From contig JAYWIR010000034.1 in the NCBI GenBank assembly GCA_036172245.1, positions 1,550,001 to 1,614,000 of the forward strand: a stretch of DNA of 64,000 bases, written 5' to 3'. This document shows, one piece after another, positions 10,921-23,260 of this stretch. Source of the stretch: Raillietiella orientalis. Taxonomy: Eukaryota. Below the pieces are notes generated by a model. That model searched no databases, was not told where the DNA came from, and worked only from the letters and a program-made list of their open reading frames with translations. The position numbers and the translations under genes are program-made. Within the stretch, counting starts at the first letter, position 1. Every line of letters begins with the position of its first letter.

Positions 10921-12479
10921 GAAAACAAAATCTATCTAATAAAGCAGGAAAGCTCATCCACAAGGAAAGCTAAGCATCGGTAAGATGAACGCAATGTTTA
11001 TGCGAATGTCTTACATTATGTGCTACAGATAGTGATTAGTGGCTTGTACGTGACTTCCAGGTTAATTACCTTACATCCGGAAATTCTGTCCATCTTCGAT
11101 TGGCTTGATGTCAAGGATAATGGCCCTGTGTTTTGGGATGGCTAAGTCGAATTCCAGGAAGAACAAAGCTACGAATCAGAGATAAGAGACTCGGGTACTG
11201 TTTTCAAAGTCACCTGATGTTACGGTTCTTTTTAAGAGACATGAGAAGAACACGGAAGACGAGTGCCTCCTGTCAACCAGTGAGCCTCCCCAAATGGAAC
11301 CCAAGTCAAAAACATCGCATTTCTTCACTTCAAAGAAAGGCAAACAGAAGTTGAATGAAGTGGAGGAAACGGGGAGCATGGAAACCAAACACGTATATGC
11401 ATTAGAGGGCTCCCTGACTACTATAAAAAGTTCCAAGAAGCCCGAAAAAACTACTACCTGGTTCTTCAAAGGAAAGCTCACTCCCGAAGAGAAGGAGAGC
11501 AAAGAATCCAAAGAGAGAGAAGAAAAAGCCATCAAGGAAGCAAAGAAGCGATCCGGGAAACTGAAAGCTGAACGGAACAAGAAGAAAAACAAAAAAGAAA
11601 AGCATAAAGCAAAAGCGAAAAAGAAAGAGGATGAGGGATTCAAGAATGAAGGTGAAAAGAAACCCAAACAGCTAGTGGTGAAGAAGGTAGAAGTTCAGGT
11701 GGAGCAGAAAACGGACTTTCTGTGACTCAGAAAAGCAAGATTGTTCCCAGTGAAAACAAGGAAGCAGCTGAAACCAAAGGAAGGGCAAAGAACTGCTGAA
11801 CTAACCGAGGCCACAAACAAAAAGGTCAACAAACGAAAAAGAATGCTTTGCTTTCCAAGCAGAAGAAAATGAGTACCAGGGACCCGAAACCGGAAGATGC
11901 TGTCATCGCAAAGGAACGAAGAAAGAAACCCGAGAAGTCGGGCAAACTGCAAGTCAAAGACAGAAGAGGGAACGTAGCAATGGAACAGGAATCGCAGATG
12001 GTCCCGCATCCCCACCAGATGTTCCTGACGGAACCCAAGGAACCAAAGGAAACGACGTCAAGAATTCATGTCTGCTAATCGATTCCCCCGAACTCCCACC
12101 ATCTCATCGGAATGGGTCTCCAGGAACTGATGGCCTCGAATACAGGAGGAAAGAATCCTTCCCAGGTTTGTTCGTCCCAAGTCGTAGAGTCTAATGCGAC
12201 TGCACGGATTCTTTCATCGGTCCGCAGAAGGTTGGTGAAATAGGTAGTTGTCTCCAGCCCTGGGGCAATTTACACGGATCCTGGCATTCGATGCCCCGCG
12301 TGTCTCTCAGGGATCCGTGCATGCGTGCATCGGAATATGCACGCTTGCGTACAAGCATGTGCACACCTATGTGTGCTGTGTGTTGAGCGGTGAATGCGTT
12401 AGCGCGAGTTCTGTCCTGCTTGTGTGCCTAGGAGGAAGAAAAGAAAGAAGAAACACATTGCACGTTAACATTTGCTACA

Positions 12480-13220
12480 AACCGAGACAATGGATTCGCC
12501 TGCTGATGATGATGATCTCGGAAAACTGCATGATTGTTTTGAGTCTGTGTGCATCACAGCTGGGACTCGCTCTCTTTGGAAATTTCACAGGGACGATTCG
12601 TCCTTCAAACACTTTCAACGCAAAGTGGGCATTCTCAAAGCGGAGATGGCTGTCTGAACTGTAACACTTTTTCTCAGTGTTTTTCGAACGGAACGTCGCT
12701 GTTTCGGGAGATCGCCAGCTGCATTCATCAAGCAAAACAAGGGAAAACAGGAAGGAGCCCTTGTCCACTTTTTGTATGCTTCCTGAGTGTTGCATGGGTC
12801 CGACGTCATGACGGTGGCGGAAGCGGTCCGTAAGCGGGATGCGAGTGATGCGTGTTGGACTTTGCTGTCTTATTTCTAGCTCAATTGGATGTTTGCCAAG
12901 GAAAGATGTTGAAAACATTCTTCTTTCCATTAGAGGGAGAACGGCATCAATGGACACGGCATTCGAAACGATTTTGGCACGATTAGAAAAAGTAGCCATG
13001 ATGCTGGAAGCTGCGGCAGCGATGGCCCCACTCTGCCTGAAAGAGTCGGATGGCTTTGGTACTTTTCCGAGTTCTCCATGTGTGATTGCTTGAAACTTCC
13101 AGACAAGTAAAATGTGCACATCCACACTGTCTGAATTTGCTGAAACCGCAAGTGCGAAACACATTCGCATGGATGTTTCGAAGATGAGCTTGGAAAGCAA
13201 TTCGTTGTTTTTGTTCATCC
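12480..13220 (-). mobile_element. piggyBac transposase fossil
   Basis: ORF 12475-13218: LGKVPKPSD...VSIDAVLPLMERRMFSTSFLGKHPIELEI...HLRFENAHF. This follows the piggyBac order KxRP...SIDExMxxFxGR...KPxKxG...DNxF. Confidence 0.55.
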
Positions 13221-14099
13221 TCGCATTCCTTGGCTCATTTTTGTGACCATCAACTCAGAAACATGTTGCTAGCAGCTCGGGTTGCCGGAAAAGAGAGATG
13301 GAATTTTATAAATCCTCATAATTCCGATTCATTGTAAATGTTTTTAGAAACGAACAATCAGTGGCTCCTGGACTATGATCAAATCGGAAGTGGATCTTTG
13401 GCGGTTTACCACAATCTGTCGAAAAATATCTCCGAAGATCTTAGAAAGCACTCGGACACGGTGGTGGAAGCATTTTAGGAAGAGTTCGGTATTAATAATG
13501 CCATCATTCGAGGCTGCCTTTTTCTGGTTTCAAAGTGTGTGAAGAAGTGCTTATAACCAACTTTCTTTGCTGTTTCAGAATCCTTTGCGATTTTCTGCAA
13601 TTGTTCTCTTGTAACAGGGGACCTGATAACCATACAGCGCTCAAACTTCTTGAACCCCTTTCCGATTGCATTCAGCAGAACGAGGCAATCAGAGAGGACC
13701 ACAGTGCCTGTGCCACTTATGATCATCTTTGTGTGATCAGTGAAAGTATTGCAGACCTCGATTGGGCGGCAAGAAGGGCACGTATCCGTGAATTTTTACT
13801 TCAGTAGAGCCCAACCCCTGCGACAGCTGTGAAAGAAACGATGGATGTAGTCCAGCTGTTTGCTGATCGCGTCCTGGAAGGATGGAAAGCAAAGTTAATC
13901 TTGGGGACAAGGGGAGAACCAAAAAGTTGCTTTCTGCTTTCAGAGATAGTCATGTCTCGTGGGTATTGTCGTGGATGACTATATTAGCAGTACTTGACTG
14001 TACACTTTTGTGGACACATGTCTTACAACAGGTCCCAGTTGGGACCTAAAGGGTGGCAGCGTTGATGAGCACGTAACGACACCCCCACCTCCAACCCAG

Positions 14100-14720
14100 G
14101 CGGTCTCACCGAATAGCAAACACAATCGATAGCTCAGTACTTACATTATCGCATCCTCTGGCATAAGACTTTTCTCGCACCTTTCTGGTAATTGGAAGAC
14201 CTTCGTCGATCCTTGTTGATCCCACGTTTGCTGCAAAACTGCCTGCTGCTTCCCGGGTGCTTTCCCTGAACGCGCACATTTTGAAGGTCGTCTTTGAAAC
14301 GGTGGTGCCGCGTTCGGATCCGCACAAAACGGCTTCCCCACAGCCGCCTGCTGGTTGGTTTCCACGGAGCACTTCGAGCAGGGTGGCACATGCCACGTGC
14401 CACGCTGCCGCACCCTGCTCCCTTTACCTCTGGAAACGTGCCCCCTCTTCGTGATTCTTCATGCCCCTCTTTTCCGATCCATTTGCAAGTCGCCAAGACG
14501 CGTTTCCTCGCGCTTCGAAAGCCATTTCTGTTCGCATCAGGCAGCTTCCAGGCTCAAAGATTCCCAACAGATGTTGCTCACGGAAAACCAAGGAAACCAA
14601 GGGAAACGACCCCAAGGATTCACGCGAAGAATTCACCCGAGCATCGTCTCGCCGGTCACCTGGCACAGATGGCTCGAATACCGAAGGAAAGGATCCTGAC
14701 CGGATTTGTTCTTCATCAGT
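14100..14720 (-). mobile_element. pogo/Tc5-type transposase fossil (HTH_Tnp_Tc5 and start of DDE)
   Basis: FPEVKGAGCGSVARGMCHPARSAPWKPTSRRL resembles AGxxWxxxFxxRHPxLxxRxPxxTS. SERGTTVS resembles the sErGxxxT motif. Confidence 0.45.
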
Positions 14721-15369
14721 AGGAGAGTCCAATGAGAATTTTATTAACATACTTGCATCCATATTCTTATACTGAGACACAAAAATTTATATGCATATGG
14801 GAACATATTTATGCACGCATCTATTTGCGGAAATTGATATAAATTTTATATACATAGCTCTGTAAGTATTTATGCTCATGATGAATATGTCTTGTGTCTT
14901 ACCACATATTTATATGCATATATATGCATAACACGTGTATATGTTAAACATGTGTATTTAGTTTTGTGATCTCTCTGGAATGTCATCGTTCGGAATTTTT
15001 TCCTCCAAATTTTCCTTCGCACGGTGTTCGGGACTCCGCAGACACGCTGGTCCAGCATTGGGAACACACTCTTCAGCACAACATTTCAGAAACCAACGTC
15101 TCTGCACCTATGTTAATCACTCCATAGCTATTGTCACTGGCTTCCCACTCGTGTGTTTCAACTCCTGACCACAGGGAGACCCCTTAGTGCTTTGGACAAA
15201 TAATAAAGTACACATACACAAAAATACGATAGAAAAAGAAAAGACATTGAAATTCCCTGCGTTGTTCTTGCTGCTAGGGTTCCCAGTTCCGTTGCACGCT
15301 TGGTTTGAGAATTTGATGAGGAAGAAATCCGTGTCTTCAACTTTTGTTAAACACGCGAGCTTTGGGTGA

Positions 15370-15800
15370 ACCTGGAGCACTTGCGTGCATCATCCAAAAC
15401 ACCGCCTTCCACGTGCTTCCATGAGCGATTGGGTTGGCGGCGCCATACAGACGCGCTTTGAACACTTTCATTCGGTCCGCGAGAACGAGTGCGCCGTGCT
15501 GTTGCCGAGCAACGCAGTGGTAAGAAACAATTGACTCTCTCTGAGATGTAGAAAAGTGTCTTTTAGCCACTTGGCCAAGGTGCCTCCGTAGAGACTGGCA
15601 TGTTCCGCGTGGGCGTAGCCGAAGAAAGCGAAATGCATTCCTCCTTGTGAGGAGAGGTTCAACCAGTTTTAGCGCGCGATGTGTGTTGAGAATGGTTTCC
15701 TGCTTCCATCAAACTGCTCCGGGAAGAGGACTTGCCTGCTCGGAACGACGAGATGCTTTCATTTATGCTGTCTGGAGCAAACCTGGGAGCTGCCATGCTA
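15370..15800 (-). mobile_element. pogo-type DDE_1 transposase fossil
   Basis: AKWLKDTF...ALLGNSTAH...MAPPTQSLMEARGRRCFG resembles WLxxxF...LLxDxxxxH...LPPxxTxxxQPxDxxxFG. Confidence 0.5.
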
Positions 15801-16367
15801 ATCGACGCACAATGCACTTTGAAAGGCTTGTTTGATTACTCAACCTTGCGGAAAGTCGAAGAGAAAACTTGATTTCTTCCAAGAAAATTCTGTCTACATC
15901 AGTTCCATCTTGTATTGGTATTGAGTCAGCGTAAGGTCTTGAAAACCGCCACCACGAAAGTCCTGCAATTGGCAGATGCGAAAGGCTAGGCAGAACATAA
16001 CCAACAACTCCCTGCCCTCTATCATCAATTTTCAGGCCGATGTTTAACTGACCATCAACAAACGAATGATCAGATATCACAGCAGTACCCCGATCTGCCC
16101 TAGCCTGCCCTTGAAAACACGGAAAATCCTGAAAGACTTTACTGAAGCGCTCTGTCTTCTGCGATGGTAGCAGAAAGAAGGGCTTTACGAGTGCATTCGT
16201 GTTGCAACATTCGAACATTCAAACCTGTTAGCAGGAATTCGGTTCCATATCCACGTTTCGAGTGCGTCTCCTAGTTTCCTGCAGGCAACATGGAGAGTTA
16301 AATGTTCAAAGTGAAGATGGGTATGTTTAGAGAAAATCTGCTGTGAGAGAACCAATATTAGGTGACT

Positions 16368-17307
16368 GCTAAGTACCTCAGAGCCGGTCGCGTGCCTCGC
16401 GGCGCACGTGGCTCTTTTTAAACATTAAACACACTGTTTTGTTTCCACGCCTCACCGCCCGCGGCAACCCGCAGAGGGTCGTGTAATTCTTGGGTGTAAT
16501 TCTTCAGGATAGGGGGCACCCCGGGATGGGGGTCCGCCCTATGAATCCAGGAAGGGCTCGGAGTCCGTTCCTCCCACGCTTGGGGAGGGATCCTCCCCGG
16601 ACGGGGGGATCGCACCTCCCACCTCGGTTGTCTCCGAAGGGGAACCGCGAAGGGAATCTCCTTCCTCATTCTCTCCGGAGGGACACCCCCCTAATGGGGG
16701 TGGTCCTCTCCATTTGAACTTCTCCGAAGGGAACCCGGAAAGGATCCGCTAGTAGGAATTTCTTCTCCGAAGGGAACCCACAAGGGAACCGCTCCTGTTC
16801 ACTCCTCTGAAGAGAACCCCCAAGGGACGCTTCCGAAACTCAGAAGGGGCGCTACAGCCACCCGCAGGGGAATCACTCTCTCTTGCTTCCTTGCACTTCT
16901 CTCGAAGAGGCGGAGACTCGGAGGGTCCCCCCCCGCAACAGGGGGGATCCGATCCTTTGAACAACTGGAGAGGTGCCTGTGAAGGCTCCTGCTCCATCTT
17001 GAAACCGGAGGGGTCCCTCGGTGAGGGGGGTCCGCTCTCCGTTGAACGACAGGAGGGGGAACTCCCCACTCCTTTATTCCCGGGAGGACCCGAAGGTCGA
17101 CTCCCATTGTTCCGGCTTTCATTGGGGGCTTCCGGTCTTAAACGACCACCGGTGCCACGCCCGAATGTCTCGGCCAACCAGCGCCATCTTGCAGGAGAAA
17201 CTCGGAACCCAACGACTCTGTGGCGTCAGTTTCATGCCGGAGTATTCGAACCCGCGACGCATGGTGCCACGCGGGGAAGCCTTAACCACAAGGCCTCCGA
17301 CGCGGGC
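16368..17307 (-). mobile_element. tRNA-headed SINE-like element, copy 1 (~940 nt), with target-site duplication
   Basis: The sense strand starts gcccgcgtcggaggccttgtggttaagg (A box) ... gggttcgaatac (B box). Near-colinear with 50909-51856. Flanking direct repeat tattaggtga(c/t)tgcta at ~16356-16371 and ~17310-17325. Confidence 0.85.
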
Positions 17308-17319
17308 ATTATTAGGTGA

Positions 17320-17960
17320 TTGCTATGAATCTCTTCTGAAGACTGTGCTCAGATTTGGATTATCCGCCTTCAAGTTCCAACTTGTTGGCCTACTGGTCCA
17401 GGAGCTAGCAGTGCTGACAATCACAGTTGGCATGTCGTGGTTTCAATGTGTTTGTTCAGAGGCGGTGGTTAGGATTGGGATAGGTAGGCTTTGCCTATGT
17501 GCATTCGATTTCGGACACTGTAATCGATGACTCCAATTCCTTCCTCTTCTGGTTTTCGCTCTGACACTGAAGACACGTCTGCTATGGACTCTTCCGTCGG
17601 CAGTGTGAAATCTGAGGAATCCGGATTGACTAGATCAAACGGTAGTTGTATTCTCGACGTTGTGACCCCATGGGTTGTGGAGAACGTACCCAGTACTTGT
17701 AAGGCGCGATGGGGACCAAGGCCTTCGTTTCTATCGGAAGAAGGTAAATCGCCGCAGCGACTGCTTTTGGTCGAGGTACAGTGTGCGGACTTGTACAAAG
17801 ATGCCACTGCCGCTTTAAGATGGTTTCAGGAAAGAGCCGTGATGTGATTGTCGACGTAAACGGAAATGAAGATGTACGCGAATGCTACATTTACTGGGAT
17901 TCTGGTGGCCGCTGAGGCATTTCATCATTGTCTCCTCAACCTTGGATCTTTGCATCCTCG
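17320..17960 (+). mobile_element. hAT transposase fossil (interrupted upstream by SINE copy 1)
   Basis: VLRFGL...SADNH...CLCAFDFGHC...CILDVVTPW...FLSEE...ALRWFQE follows the hAT order FGL / TDN / CxAH / LxxDVxTRW / LxxFxEAT. Confidence 0.55.
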
Positions 17961-18799
17961 TGCACAAGAGATTGGAGCTACTTAATAGAAAGGACGCGGT
18001 AAAAGAAAATACAAACTGATTTTCTTGGTTATTCTAAATCTGATTTCCATCATGCCCAAGTGGTGTGTGTGCTTATTGAGCGTATCGTCTGAAAAGCTGC
18101 TTACATCGATTCGCTTGCAGAACATCACAATATCACAAAATACCGATGACCACATTCCTTCATAATCCTTTCACCAACTGCAATGCATTGCTTTCTGAAA
18201 CACTAGAGAGGGTGTTTATGAATTGCTTTCGGACACACAGGATACTTGTTTCTGTTCTCTCACCATTGTACTCACACAGTAAATGCACAAAGCAGAAGTT
18301 CTCAAATAAAGTAATCAGGTCTGTTCGAGAACCATAAGTAATAGAATAACAGGCAAAATAATATGCAGATGAATGTGCATATTATTTTGTATTCACAAAA
18401 CTTTCATTTCAGTTCATTTTCGAGAAATAGAGTGGTAATAATGTCCACTCCATTCAAGGCTATCAGCAAATTTCATTGGTCAGAGTGCAGAGGGAAGCTT
18501 TCTATAGCATCTTGATGTAGACAGGCAACATTGAAAGCCTGCCTTGTACAGAAATGAAATAAAAGTACTTTATGGATGATGTTCCCATATTGTCTGTCTT
18601 AATGTAACATGGGGAACCCGCCACTCAATTTCTCTCCACGATCATCAAGAGGCGAAGTTTGCTTTCTTTACCCTTTTGCTCCACAGCCGGAGGCATTTGG
18701 TATCTGCCTTCCGGATTAAAAGCAGAGCTGCGGCCTGCACCCTTGTGTTTCCTAGGGACACAGTTCCTCTTTCCCTGCGTGCAGTTTGTTCTGCCTATG

Positions 18800-19900
18800 C
18801 ATTCCATCACGATGCTTCACGGAAAGAGAGGTGAAGTTCCTGGAGCTAATCTCTTGGAGCTCTCGTCTTCCAGCTAAACGCTACTTTGCCTTTATCTCGC
18901 TCATTGTGTTCCTGCCGCAGTCGTCGACAGAGAGCAGTATGTTCACAACTGCTTTCAAAAAAGCAATTCTCGGGTGCCGTGGTTTCAAAGACTGCTTCCA
19001 TCGAAAACCATTTCTAGGATGGAAGGCGCTGCCTTGCAAACGAATGAAAAAAAAAAAAAAGCTCTCCTGTCCTTAACTGTTCCCTCTTTTGACCGAATTG
19101 CGAACCAAAACCATGGCTACTCTACTGCTCTCGAAACAGCCATAAAGTACTTTTACGTGGTGACCCCTCACATCAGGCACACCACATTCGGTTTCCCGAG
19201 TTGCCCTTCTAGGGAAACAGTTCCAACACGCGGCAAAGAAACTTGACAAAAAAAAGACGAGACCGTCAGTCAGCATTTTTCCAAGGCTTTCCAATGGATG
19301 GGAAGCCTCGGGTTTACCGTTCGGTCAAGGTGATTAAGCAGACTCGGAAAGGGTCCGTTTCATTACAAACCCTGAAACTCGGCCTTCTGTCCAAGAAAGA
19401 TGCTTTTAGGATGGACATTTCGCATTACCTTTGCAAGAACGAACGCGGAAGCACAGCTCAACTCAAGAAAAGATCGATTCGAAGCGTTATGAAGGTTCAC
19501 ACTATAGGTACACCCTGTGTACACAGTTCCTAGGCGAAGCATGGAGACTTGGCTATTCCTCGCCATAAAGATGCTTCCGTAGCACCATCGGATTGCGTTG
19601 CACCCCCAAGACAGAAATGCATAGCAAAAAGACATGAACAGGAAGACAATTAGTCGGCAAGTACAACGAAAGGGCTCTCATTCGTACTCGGTCATTCCGA
19701 CACACCAGAGGAAGCCCATTCGGGACATTTACGATCACTGGATATTAGATATTCGAGTAGCTGGCCACGTTTTCTATGTTTCGAACAATAAGACAAGGAT
19801 ACAGACTGAAAAGAATTGGTTTTGTGGTGACTTTGGGTTGGTCATGAGCCTTAATAAGACAGCACTAGCCAACCAGGAGACTTATGGAAATGCACGCCAT
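18800..19900 (+). mobile_element. piggyBac transposase fossil
   Basis: FAFISL...GFKDCFHRKPF (MSRxRF-like) and QRKPIRDIYDHWILDIRVAGH...KNWF...LNKTALAN (KPxxxxxYNxxMxGVDxxD...W...F...A..N-like). Confidence 0.5.
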
Positions 19901-19919
19901 GCCGAGGAATAAGGTGAGA

Positions 19920-21180
19920 TTGCAGCCTTTTATCTTGGTCAGCACCTACTTGGAGCTGGTATGGCGTGGGCCTGGGACAACGCAGGTCAACCTGTTGACG
20001 CCCTGTCCGTGCACACCAGCCGCAGAGGTCTACACAGCTGGCGGACCTGTTTCTTCTGCTGCCCAGGTCCATCCCGGAGGCTAAGCTTAAGGAATCCTTC
20101 GTGCCATTCCAGCGAGGAGCGGGCATGTGTGAAAACAGACACAAGTGCACGACTGTCTCAACGGGAGCGTCGTCAAAGGGGCAGGCGGCTGCCGTTTCCT
20201 AGGGCAGGCACTTCAAGCGCCTTGGCGTATCAGTGGGAGACTTTTGCGCAGTAGAAGCAAGGTCCGCCTGCCTCCAAAAACCAGAGCAGGATCTTAATGC
20301 ATTCCTGGAAGGCAGGTTGTACCTGCCGGAGCGGGACTCGATCTGCAACTCCTTTGTTCCCCCACTCAACGGTCCCCAGCGCCCGCGGCATCCTCACGGC
20401 CTGACACTCGCTGGAGGTGCACCGGCGGCAACGAGAGGCTGCCTGCATTGCTATGGTCTTTCTTAAGAAAGAAAGCAGGTGGCCTCGACTGAAACAGGAA
20501 GTCAGCAGGGAGACTAGCAGCATAAAAAATATAAAAAAATAAAACTAGAAAACAAAACAAAACAAGGAACGGAGTTTCTTGTGAATAAAAAAAGAAAGAA
20601 AAAGCAGTTCATCTGGGGAGGACTGGCAGACTCGTAGGGCAAAGAAGAACTGATCTGCAGCATTGAGGGGGTGAAGATGATTGGCACGTGAAGATGGGGA
20701 CACCGGGACTGCCGCCTCTTTACTCCTAGTGCCTCCTATGGAAGACTGATGACGGTAGCCAACCAGATGGATAGGATTTGGTTCGACGAGAGCTGAGCTG
20801 TCGTATGCCATGATGCCAAGGTCTTCTCTGGAAGGCCATCCTCGACTTCCCCTGGAATAAACAGGCGGTCCTCTCGACAGCACAAAGAGTGCTTCCTCTC
20901 CGGTGACAACAAACACTCTTCTTGCATTGGGTTTCCCCGTTTCCCGGTGCGACCATCGGGGTACCATCTGACCATCGTCCCCGAACCGTGCCTCAGGGGA
21001 GGGACGATCGATTCGCGAGACCAACTGCCGTTGGACGGCCGATTCCTCCGCCAATTCCTCTTGCACCCGTTGGACATCCCTCTTCCGCTCCTGCACTGCG
21101 AATCGAGGGTCCTGTTCTGAAAAGTGGATGTGGGTCCGAAAGCAATCCCAGCGCCAATCCAAAACACACAAACACTTAGC
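19920..21180. mobile_element. Mixed-orientation L1/Tx1-like fragments (RT on +, ~20100-20480; endonuclease on -, ~20600-21180)
   Basis: FKRLGVSVGDFCAVEA...LYLPERDSICNSF parallels FKYLSVLLNDFSVAEA...LLERASM of 3435-5340. VSRIDR...WSHR on the minus strand. Confidence 0.55.
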
Positions 21181-21829
21181 CATGGACAGGAGTTGGCACA
21201 TGAAGCGCTTCCCACCCAAAAGATCTGCACATTAGAAACGAAAAAATCACTAACGTGGGAATAAACTCCGGGTGGACGCACATTTATTGATTCAAAGCCA
21301 CCGATCATTTGCAGAGTGTTACATTTGAAATGTTTTCGGGATTCCCGTTAGCAGTAGGCGCTATCGGCGCACCACTGTTTCGTGACTACCTTAGCATGGA
21401 ATCGTGGATGGAAGCCCTCGCTTCATGAATGAGCAATTGGGGTGGATGCAATCCAGCTCAAAGTGTTGGAATGAGCTGTTTCTTCCCCTCGTGTTATCAA
21501 CAGATGCTGATTGCACCAACAGATGTTAACGGAGCATGTGTCAATGCTTTATTACTGAGCAAGAGTGACGACTTGATTCTTCTGAGTGCTGCAACCTTCG
21601 AGCATCCACTTTCCTCTTCTTAGCCCTCATTTCAGGACACAAACCGAAGGCATCTGAGTACACATAAGGATTCTGTGAGTGCTGATCACAGACGGAGTTG
21701 AGCAAGCAAAAAGCTGCACCTTACGTGGAGCGCGCAAGCACACATATCTCGCATATGGTTTTCCTCAGTTCAAGAATTTTTTCTTCTGAACATCCCGTCC
21801 GTTACCACGTGGATGCCCCCCTCCCCATG

Positions 21830-23260
21830 CACAGCCTCTCCTTAGGAAACGTGCCCTGACAGCAGCAGCACACATGCCACGTATTTCTGGTATGAGCCGC
21901 ACCGCAGGACAATGGCCTTTCACCGCGCTCTCCTGGATGGGCATCCGGGAAAACCGACTTTTGGTGTTGAATTTCGAATTGGGATCTTAAGGGTGGGAGC
22001 ATGGGCGCGCGTCCCACAGAGGACTGCAACGTCTCGAGCAGTTCTCCGGGCCATTCAGGGAGTACTGGGGCGCATCCCTATGCCGCAGACACCACGAATG
22101 CACTGCTTACCGTTCCCTGAGGCATCCTCCTCTTCAGACGAGGGCGCCAACTTCTCCTGGTCAGGAGACGAGTTGCTCTTGCAACTCAGGGATGATGACT
22201 CTGCTTTCCTGTCTTCGTCGCTGGTGTCCACTTGGAACCCAACGTCTGACACCTCTCCATCGAAAGCATCAACGTCACCGGGGTGCGCACATTCGAGGAG
22301 TCGCTTCCTGGAATTGACAAGGGGCTCGAGAAACAGACCCTCCCACGAGAAGATCCGGGGTGTCGCTGCGCGGGAGAGTACGCGAACGTATCATACCACA
22401 CAGGGATCAGGATGAGGTCAGGGATGCAAAACACGCTCGCCAGAAAAAAAAGGTGCTTCTTTTTCCTTTTACAAAAAAAAAAGAACGCGAACAGATTCGA
22501 GAGGTGCAACTCCCTCTCATCTCTGGAAATGGCGGTGGAGGTTATGCACGCTGGGCCCGCATTTCCGCAAACCCGAAGTGGGGTGAACGGCTGCGCGAAA
22601 CGCGCGCTTTGCTTTCCCCGCGGCGTAGTGCCCGCGACTAGAGCCTGCCGCAAGCCGACCTGGACGAACACGGGGCGGATCCGCACGTCGTGAACTTGGG
22701 ATCCAGCAATGGTACTCTATCAGGGGACCCAAGAAAGAAGAAATGACGCTGGGACGACAATACGAAAAAGCAGCGTCTTCCGCTTTGGTGACTGGAAGGC
22801 GCTGGGGATTGTATACGGAGGAGGCCAACCAATCTTCTGGCTGGCTTGTTTCTTCTGCGAACCCTGATCTCAGACCGAAGATCGAATCGGCTTGCATCAG
22901 ATACTAAGAATGAACAAAAAGCGGACAAGAAGCGATCTCCCGAATACGGGAGACGTTCTCTCTGTGCAATTGGCATTGCATGCAGAACGTCTCCCAGATT
23001 CAGGAACATTCATTTCAGAACGCTTAGGATCGTTCTTCCGCAGGATGGCTTTGGAATCCCGGTCCCCCTGTCCCTCCCTCCCTCCCGCCTCGCCCTCCAG
23101 GCGTTCAGAAAGCCCCAGAAGAATCCGGTTCGGCAATGAAGGAGGCGCTTGCTTTCCGGGGTCATAACGTGCGATCCCAAGAGGCTTTCTCCGAGACGAA
23201 TTCCGATTTCTGAGCACGCAATTGAGGGGCAACCTGACAGCAAAATTGGCAACCACGAAG
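21830..23260. mobile_element. GC-rich decayed non-LTR ORF1-like fragments
   Basis: RALCFPRGVVPATRAC is a decayed zinc-knuckle-like motif. Composition resembles the LINE nest at 1-9050. Confidence 0.3.

Noticed and set aside
12319..12349. Short hairpin gcatgcgtgcat-cggaat-atgcacgcttgc
   Set aside because: It lies in alternating purine-pyrimidine low-complexity sequence, which is self-complementary by nature.
16620..16830. Repeated tctccgaagggaacc modules as a CRISPR-like array
   Set aside because: Eukaryotic context, irregular spacing, degenerate repeats, no cas genes. The same spacers recur in the second copy.
17235..17307. Functional tRNA gene (also 51785-51856)
   Set aside because: A/B boxes are present, but the acceptor and anticodon stems do not close cleanly and the sequence continues into a ~870-nt repeat body. 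Treated as a SINE head.
16418..17319. Several 75-190 aa ORFs within the SINE copies (also 51072-51838, 34562-35056)
   Set aside because: GC-rich, Pro/Gly/Ser-biased, and frames are not conserved between copies. Spurious.
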